From contig JAXHVD010000011.1 of the NCBI GenBank assembly GCA_034189385.1, forward strand, positions 1 to 64,000: a DNA stretch of 64,000 bases, read 5' to 3'. A model generated the notes under the pieces. It did not search any database. It was not told where the DNA came from and saw nothing but the letters and a program-made list of their open reading frames with translations. Origin of the DNA: Thermodesulfobacteriota bacterium (GTDB lineage Bacteria; Desulfobacterota; Desulfobacteria; Desulfobacterales; C00003060). This document shows, piece by piece, positions 58,407-64,000 of the stretch. Within the stretch, counting starts at the first letter, position 1; each line of letters begins with the position of its first letter. Position numbers and translations under genes: made by a program.

Positions 58407-59489
58407 TTAGGCCTCGGTAAAATCCGTTGGCGGGGCCTTCAGAAAGGGACGAAAGTTCTTTTTGTCATCGCACTTGGCATAGGCCTCGTCTGCGCTGATC
58501 CATCCCTTCTTAAAAAGATCCATGATGGCATCATCCAGAAGCTGCATCCCGTATTTTTTCCCAGTCTGAATGATGGAAGCAATTTGATGTGTCTTGTTTT
58601 CTCGAATCAGGTTACGGACGGCTGGCGTGGCAATCATGATTTCCGGGGCCACGCACCGAGCCTTCTTATCCACCCGCCTAAAAAGCACCTGGGCCACCAC
58701 GGCACGCAAGCCGTCTGCCAGGTTTGACCGAACGTGTGCTTGTTGCTCTGCAGGAAAGACCTCGACCACACGGTCTATGGTGGCTATGGCACTTGTCGTG
58801 TGCACGGTAGCAAAGACCAGGTGTCCTGTGTTGGATGCCTCTATGGCCAAGGAAATCGTGTCTAGGTCCCTCATCTCCCCAACAAGGATGATGTCCGGAT
58901 CTTCACGAAGGGCCCCTCGAAGGGCTGCTGCAAAAGACTTGGTATGAATACCTACTTCTCGCTGATTGACGATACAGCCTTGACTCTCAAAAACGAATTC
59001 AATGGGGTCTTCAATGGTAATGATATGGTCTTTTCGACTTTGGTTGGCCTGATCAATGACCGCTGCTAAGGTGGTAGACTTCCCGCATCCCGTGGGGCCC
59101 GTTACGAGCACCAACCCGCGAGGAAGGGAGGCAAGTTTCGATACTACGGGCGGCAACCCCAGCTGGCGTACTGTCTTAATCTTGTCCGGGATCTCTCGAA
59201 AGACCGCGCCGATCCCATTTTTTTGCATGAAAAAATTCGCTCGGTAGCGGGCAACGCCAGGGATTTCGTATCCAAAATCCAAGTCACCGCACTCCTCAAA
59301 GCTCTTGATCTTGTCCTCAGGGGTAATTTCATAAAGCATAGCTCTAAGCTGGTCGTTGGTGAGTGGAGGATACTTGATCCGCTCAATGTCGCCCACAAGG
59401 CGGATCATGGGTGCTTGACCTGCTGCCAAGTGCAGATCAGAGGCCCCTTGTTCGTGCATCAACTTGAAAAACCCGTCTATCTTTGCCAT
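58407..59489 (-). CDS. pilT: Type IV pilus retraction ATPase PilT
   Basis: ASDLHL, GPTGCGKST, EDPIE, LREDPD, AVRNLIRE (AIRNLIRE box), GMQ. Confidence 0.95.
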   Translation of the reverse strand: MAKIDGFFKLMHEQGASDLHLAAGQAPMIRLVGDIERIKYPPLTNDQLRAMLYEITPEDKIKSFEECGDLDFGYEIPGVARYRANFFMQKNGIGAVFREIPDKIKTVRQLGLPPVVSKLASLPRGLVLVTGPTGCGKSTTLAAVIDQANQSRKDHIITIEDPIEFVFESQGCIVNQREVGIHTKSFAAALRGALREDPDIILVGEMRDLDTISLAIEASNTGHLVFATVHTTSAIATIDRVVEVFPAEQQAHVRSNLADGLRAVVAQVLFRRVDKKARCVAPEIMIATPAVRNLIRENKTHQIASIIQTGKKYGMQLLDDAIMDLFKKGWISADEAYAKCDDKKNFRPFLKAPPTDFTEA

Positions 59490-59536
59490 GGGATTCTTCT
59501 TCTAGGAGTTCACAAGGTGATTGTCTCTACGAGCGC

Positions 59537-59836
59537 CTACAGTAGTCTTCGCGCCAATTCCGATAAGCTATTTACCAAAAAGAGGCGCAAGAAAATAATA
59601 GCCAATAAGACAAACATAGGGGTAAAGTCAATGCCGCCAAACCCCACAGGCAATCGCTTTCGCACAGGGTACAATACAGGCTCTGTTACGTTATTGACAA
59701 AACGGACAATAGGGTTGTACGGATCAGGGCTCACCCAAGAAAGGACAGCACGGGCGACGATAATCCACATATATAAGAGTAGGGCATAGTCCAGAACCGT
59801 AGCCAATGCGTAGAGAAAGTTGCCAATGATAAACAT
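59537..59836 (-). CDS. yggT: YggT family membrane protein
   Basis: LSWVSPDPYNP..TEPVL.PVR..GIDFTP. Confidence 0.92.
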   Translation of the reverse strand: MFIIGNFLYALATVLDYALLLYMWIIVARAVLSWVSPDPYNPIVRFVNNVTEPVLYPVRKRLPVGFGGIDFTPMFVLLAIIFLRLFLVNSLSELARRLL

Positions 59837-60213
59837 GGTACTCCCTAAAAAGACGTGTCATTTCAGCCCGATGAAAGAAACGGGCGTGAACAGGCAGGAA
59901 CGGTGTCACCCCCCAACTGTCAACCCGTTGAACCTTCGTGGTTTCCAGAGGGGGACTCTGCAACGTACATGATTTGCAATAATTATTGACAATGGTCAGT
60001 CAAAAGTCAAGAAGTTTTGTGACGCGGCTTTGTTTCACTGAAAAAATGGGTCCCAAGGGCCAACTTATTGCCAACACAAGGATATAGGCACCGCTCCTTG
60101 AAAGGGGGGAGCAAAACTACACAAAGAGGAGACCCTTTCATGATTTTCCATTTGATCAGGCTCTTAACCAATGCCCATCCACGCAGGCCATGCAATGTAG
60201 AGCCTCAGTAAGT

Positions 60214-61140
60214 CTATTCTGTTATCTCTTGTTCCCGAATCCCGCGAGGGGTTGGGATCTCAGCACTAGCTTTGGTCCCTGTACCAGAGGCTCCTTCTGA
60301 ATCAGGCGACACCGCCTCGTGTCCCTCCACGCCAAGGTGAATGACATCGATCCTTTTCCCTAACCACAAAAGCTCGTCGCCTATGGACTTTATCTTCTCT
60401 TCAAGGAGAAGCATTTCTTCCTCATAACTTGCCCGCTCCTCCCCCAAGGAGTGATCGAGGGTTTCGTTGTCCACTTTGTTTTCTAGGAGGTGCCTAATGG
60501 CGGTTTCCTGTATTTGGGCCTCCTCTTGCATGGCCTCAATGCGTTCCATAAGGTGACCCATTTCTTTTGTCTGCCCCATGAGGTCGTTTTGCAACGCCGT
60601 CAGTATATTGCCATCTTCATTGAGCCTCCCTCCCAACTCCTTTTCCAGCTTATCGAGAGAATCCTTGTGTCCGGCCATATTTCCCTCCAGCAGTGAAAGG
60701 GCCTTTCCCACCGTTTCAGATGCTGTGGTGAGGGTCTCGATGTCTTGCTCATTCTTCTTCAGACCATCCCTGATCAAAGTGAATGATTCTTCAGTGGCTA
60801 CTAATGCCTTGGTGACGGACGAGTCTAGCGTTTCGTATTGGTAGGACAAGGACTCTATCTTATCAACAATATCTTCAGATAGACTCTCCACTTTCTTTGA
60901 CCCCGTGGTCTGGATCTGACTTACCCTATACCTTAGATCCAGATACCCAATGAGCAGGAGTGCACAAAGTACACACGGTACCAATATGGACAGCATCGTC
61001 ATTCGATGTCTCAGCCTTTCCAACTGCGCATCCCTTGTTCGATCGTCAAAAAGGGAATCAGGATAGTCCCCATCAATATCGATGTCTCTCTCTGGAGCAA
61101 TTCTCTCTTCTGAGTCTTCTCCGGTCGGCAAGTCTTTCAC
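60214..61140 (-). CDS. Membrane-anchored coiled-coil hypothetical protein
   Basis: Single TM (LSILVPCVLCALLLIGYL) followed by an acidic heptad-rich region; RBS gagg before GTG. Confidence 0.75.
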   Translation of the reverse strand: MKDLPTGEDSEERIAPERDIDIDGDYPDSLFDDRTRDAQLERLRHRMTMLSILVPCVLCALLLIGYLDLRYRVSQIQTTGSKKVESLSEDIVDKIESLSYQYETLDSSVTKALVATEESFTLIRDGLKKNEQDIETLTTASETVGKALSLLEGNMAGHKDSLDKLEKELGGRLNEDGNILTALQNDLMGQTKEMGHLMERIEAMQEEAQIQETAIRHLLENKVDNETLDHSLGEERASYEEEMLLLEEKIKSIGDELLWLGKRIDVIHLGVEGHEAVSPDSEGASGTGTKASAEIPTPRGIREQEITE

Positions 61141-61780
61141 ACCTCTTGCTCCTTACATAAGCCAAGCATTACACAAGCAGAAAACACTCCAGGTCCAAGA
61201 CGTCCCCTTCGACAGGCTCATGGTGGGGCTGTCCACTTGAAGCAGACGCCGAATCTCCTGCAATCTGCCTTGGTGACCTGTCATCGACCTTGCCCAAGGG
61301 CAAACAAAAATCCAAAAATAACAGTCAACCCAAGTATCGCAAGAAAGATTTCCTCCGATGGCGCCAGAGCTGGTTCAATAGGCCAGCAGTATTGCTCATT
61401 TATATATCAGGGGCAGTGTTTATGCAACCCTAATTGAAGAAAGGAGCGCACCCCAGATCCAAGGCTTCCCCCCTTACAGCCTTAGGGCGAGGCTGTCCCG
61501 ATTTAACGCGATGCCCAAGTCTTGACATGCCCCAGGGAGGGCATCATCGGCCCTCCAAAAAGATAAGCAAAACGAAAAGAAAGAAGAAACCCATTTTCCA
61601 CCCATAGAAGAGATATAAGAACGCAACCCTCATGAAGCGCGGTCTTTCTCCCCACTGTTGTCCAGGGCCTCTTCGTTTTGTTTACGCTCAATCAGGGTGC
61701 AGCACTAACATGATTTGATCTTAGAAAGTAAATCCACCGGACCCGTTCTTGTTTCGTGCTTCCATGCCTTTGGGGCGATC

Positions 61781-62872
61781 TTAACCTGTCTGTTTAATCG
61801 TAATATCTCGTTTGGGATAAGGAATTTCAATACCCTCTTTGTCAAAGCCCTCCTTCACACCGTCTGTCATATAGGATATGGTATCTATCCGCCTTCGGGC
61901 GTCCTTGATCCAGACCCGGAGTTCAAGATCCACAGAAGATTCCCCGAATTGTCTCACCACCACCTTGGGCGGTGGATCTTTCAAGACCCACTCGGCTCTT
62001 CTGGCCACCTCCAGGACGACCGACTTGGCCTTTTTGATGTCCGCATCGTATGAAACACCGATGGGAATTCGAACACGGATATCGGTGGAGATGGTCGTGT
62101 AGTTTACGATGTCGCGTTTCATGACCTCATTGTTTGGGATGACAATGACAATGTTGTCGGTGGTTCTGATCTTGGTGGCCCGAAGCCCTATCTCCATAAC
62201 GTCTCCCCAAGTGGCAGAATTTGTCGGCGCCGACCACACTTCGATGCGATCACCTACTTCAAAGGGTCGATCAATGATGAGTAAGACACCAGCGATAAGG
62301 TTAGATAGGGTATCTTTGGCCGCAAAACCAACGGCAATCCCAGCCACGCCAGCCCCGGCCACAAAAGGCATCACATTGATTCCCAGCACGTCAAGGGCAA
62401 GCAAAATGGCGATGGCATAGATGATCACGCCTGCGAACTTGTCTAGAAGTTCAAAGACAATGTCGTCAATCTTGCTTCGGGTCTTTTTGACAAGACTGGC
62501 CTCAAGATAGGTCAGCACAAGGAGCGTGAATTCCTTCACTGGAACAGCCACAAGGACGATTAGAATTGCATAAAGGATCTTCTCAAGAATAGGTATTTCA
62601 AACAGGTGTATCACATAAACGGCACACAGTAAGACCAAGGCGTACCAAACGGCCTTTTGAGCTAAACCAAAGACCTCGTCGTTGATACGCACGAACTCGT
62701 ATTTTTGTATCTTTTTTCTGGCGGTCTTCAACAGGCGTTTGAAAACAGCCCAGAACAAAAGGGCGCAGAATAGGACGAGGGCAACCTTGGCCAGGAGAAA
62801 AACAAGAGCCTCACCCCTGGCAACGGCACTGGCCTCGATCTGCTGATAGGCATGCTTCAGATAATCAAACAT
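61781..62872 (-). CDS. Small-conductance mechanosensitive channel (MscS family)
   Basis: GVAGIAVGFAAKDTLSNLIAG, RPFEVGD, IPN, GIEIPYP. Confidence 0.93.
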   Translation of the reverse strand: MFDYLKHAYQQIEASAVARGEALVFLLAKVALVLFCALLFWAVFKRLLKTARKKIQKYEFVRINDEVFGLAQKAVWYALVLLCAVYVIHLFEIPILEKILYAILIVLVAVPVKEFTLLVLTYLEASLVKKTRSKIDDIVFELLDKFAGVIIYAIAILLALDVLGINVMPFVAGAGVAGIAVGFAAKDTLSNLIAGVLLIIDRPFEVGDRIEVWSAPTNSATWGDVMEIGLRATKIRTTDNIVIVIPNNEVMKRDIVNYTTISTDIRVRIPIGVSYDADIKKAKSVVLEVARRAEWVLKDPPPKVVVRQFGESSVDLELRVWIKDARRRIDTISYMTDGVKEGFDKEGIEIPYPKRDITIKQTG

Positions 62873-62940
62873 GTACCAATCCTCCCCTGTCAATGGCTAT
62901 AACACCAACTCTTTTGGAGAGACTCGTCGCAAAAACACCA

Positions 62941-63678
62941 TCATTTACCTTCAAAAAATGCCATGGCCCTTTCTTGAAATAGATCTTTGTGTTCTCCACC
63001 GTGTACCCAATGACGGGCCCCTTCCACAAGCCACAGTTCGGAGTCCTTTATCCCCTGAGCAATCCTTTGGGCATGCCTTGGCTCAGCATACTCGTCTTCC
63101 GTCCCTTGAACAACCAATGTGGGACATTTGATGAGGCCTATCTTGTCTTCAATGGAAAAGGGGTTGAAATTCGGATGAAGCCATCGATCAAACCATGCCA
63201 TTTGGCTGCGGACCTGGGCTGTCTCCTTACCCCCTTTGTGCTGGAGTCGGTTTTCCAGGACGCGCTTTGCCCGAACAAGGCCCTTTAGTGCCTTCTCATC
63301 GGCATAAATGTGTGCCCCCGCACAAACCATAGCCCGGGTTCGCTCAGGGAAGGTGGCTGCAAAAATCAAGGCAATGGTACCGCCGTCGCTAAATGCACAG
63401 AGCAAAATAGGAGTAAGTAAGCCAAGGACATCCAAGAACACTGCCAGATCCTCTATGTCTTCCTGGAAAAAGTCCTCAGAAAAGTGATATCGCGGACTCG
63501 ATCCCCCATAGCCCCGCCTGTTATAGGCGATGACGTGATATCTCCTGGCAAAGTAATCGATACAGTCGCCCCACTCCTCGATGCTTCCTGTTCCGCCGTG
63601 CAACAAGATTAATGGGGTTCCCTTTCCGGCCTCCACGTATTCAATCGTTCCACTTGTTATTGAAACCCTTGGCATCAT
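62941..63678 (-). CDS. Alpha/beta hydrolase
   Basis: LLHGG, RRGYGGS, AFSDGG nucleophile elbow, QGTEDEY, ARHWVH. Confidence 0.88.
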   Translation of the reverse strand: MMPRVSITSGTIEYVEAGKGTPLILLHGGTGSIEEWGDCIDYFARRYHVIAYNRRGYGGSSPRYHFSEDFFQEDIEDLAVFLDVLGLLTPILLCAFSDGGTIALIFAATFPERTRAMVCAGAHIYADEKALKGLVRAKRVLENRLQHKGGKETAQVRSQMAWFDRWLHPNFNPFSIEDKIGLIKCPTLVVQGTEDEYAEPRHAQRIAQGIKDSELWLVEGARHWVHGGEHKDLFQERAMAFFEGK

Positions 63679-63783
63679 CTGTTCCTCTCACTTAGAAAAA
63701 TGCCCCAGGATGCAAAAGCCTGTTTATCTCCCTCAGACGCGTCCCGGCTCGTTGATCTCGCCTTGTCGCCGGCCAGCCCTGAC

Positions 63784-63999
63784 TCATCGCCCTTGGCCTT
63801 TTTCATCTTCCAGGATGGTGCTGTGCAGTCTTCGCCACTTTGTGAGTCTTTCCTTGATCGTTTTCTCATATCCCCTGTCTGAGGGGTTATAGAAGGCTTG
63901 ACCCCTGAGTTCTTCCGGCAAATACTCTTGCTGCGTGTAGGCACCTGGAAACTTGTGGGCATACTTGTACCCTTCCCCGTAACCGAGAGTCTTCATCAT
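63784..63999 (-). CDS. rarA: Replication-associated recombination protein A, C-terminal fragment (gene runs off the window)
   Basis: MKTLGYGEGYKYAH..QEYLPEEL..FYNPSDRGYE is the MgsA/RarA C-terminal motif. Confidence 0.88.
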   Translation of the reverse strand: MMKTLGYGEGYKYAHKFPGAYTQQEYLPEELRGQAFYNPSDRGYEKTIKERLTKWRRLHSTILEDEKGQGR

Positions 64000-64000
64000 C

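Noticed and set aside
59837..60213. Structured leader upstream of yggT
   Set aside because: Some C-run/G-run pairing is possible, but I could not match any known riboswitch consensus.
61281..61633. Two short hydrophobic minus-strand reading frames both ending G-R-stop (possible small membrane peptides)
   Set aside because: One has no start codon and the other is 29 aa with no recognisable family; T-rich DNA readily gives such frames.
1..64000. CRISPR arrays, transposases, prophage genes, selenoprotein read-through, and the many antisense ORFs in the six-frame track
   Set aside because: No regularly spaced repeat-spacer array, no transposase/integrase/phage motifs, and no in-frame TGA at a Cys position were found; shadow ORFs overlap well-supported genes and lack motifs.

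Overview
A 64-kb chromosomal segment from what looks like an anaerobic Desulfobacterota (deltaproteobacterial) genome, judged from gene content, large SRP RNA, sigma54 promoters and intergenic repeat types. The right half (about 30.5-64 kb) is mostly housekeeping: cell-wall recycling enzymes, tRNA-Glu, pgk, radA-rlmE-yebC, ftsK-lolA, grpE-dnaK, SRP RNA, tilS-ftsH-folP-coaX, two pilT-family genes, mscS and the end of rarA. The left half carries sdhAB/frdAB, a cation-chloride cotransporter, a sat-cysC fusion with degenerate sulfurylase motifs, and a ~20-kb redox block (9.2-29.2 kb). The standout is a 14-gene membrane complex at 19.4-27.3 kb. It has the membrane-arm gene set of archaeal MBH hydrogenase (A-I, one antiporter-like H plus I), but its large subunit lacks both NiFe CxxC motifs and resembles the archaeal sulfane-sulfur reductase MbsL/MbxL. 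It has a clear sigma54 promoter and a divergent PAS-sigma54 activator. It is followed by a Cys-less TusA-like gene, a USP, a tetraheme cytochrome c and two paralogous heme-c/HAMP sensors. No CRISPR array, integrase or transposase was seen. Comparisons to reference proteins are from recalled family motifs, not database searches.
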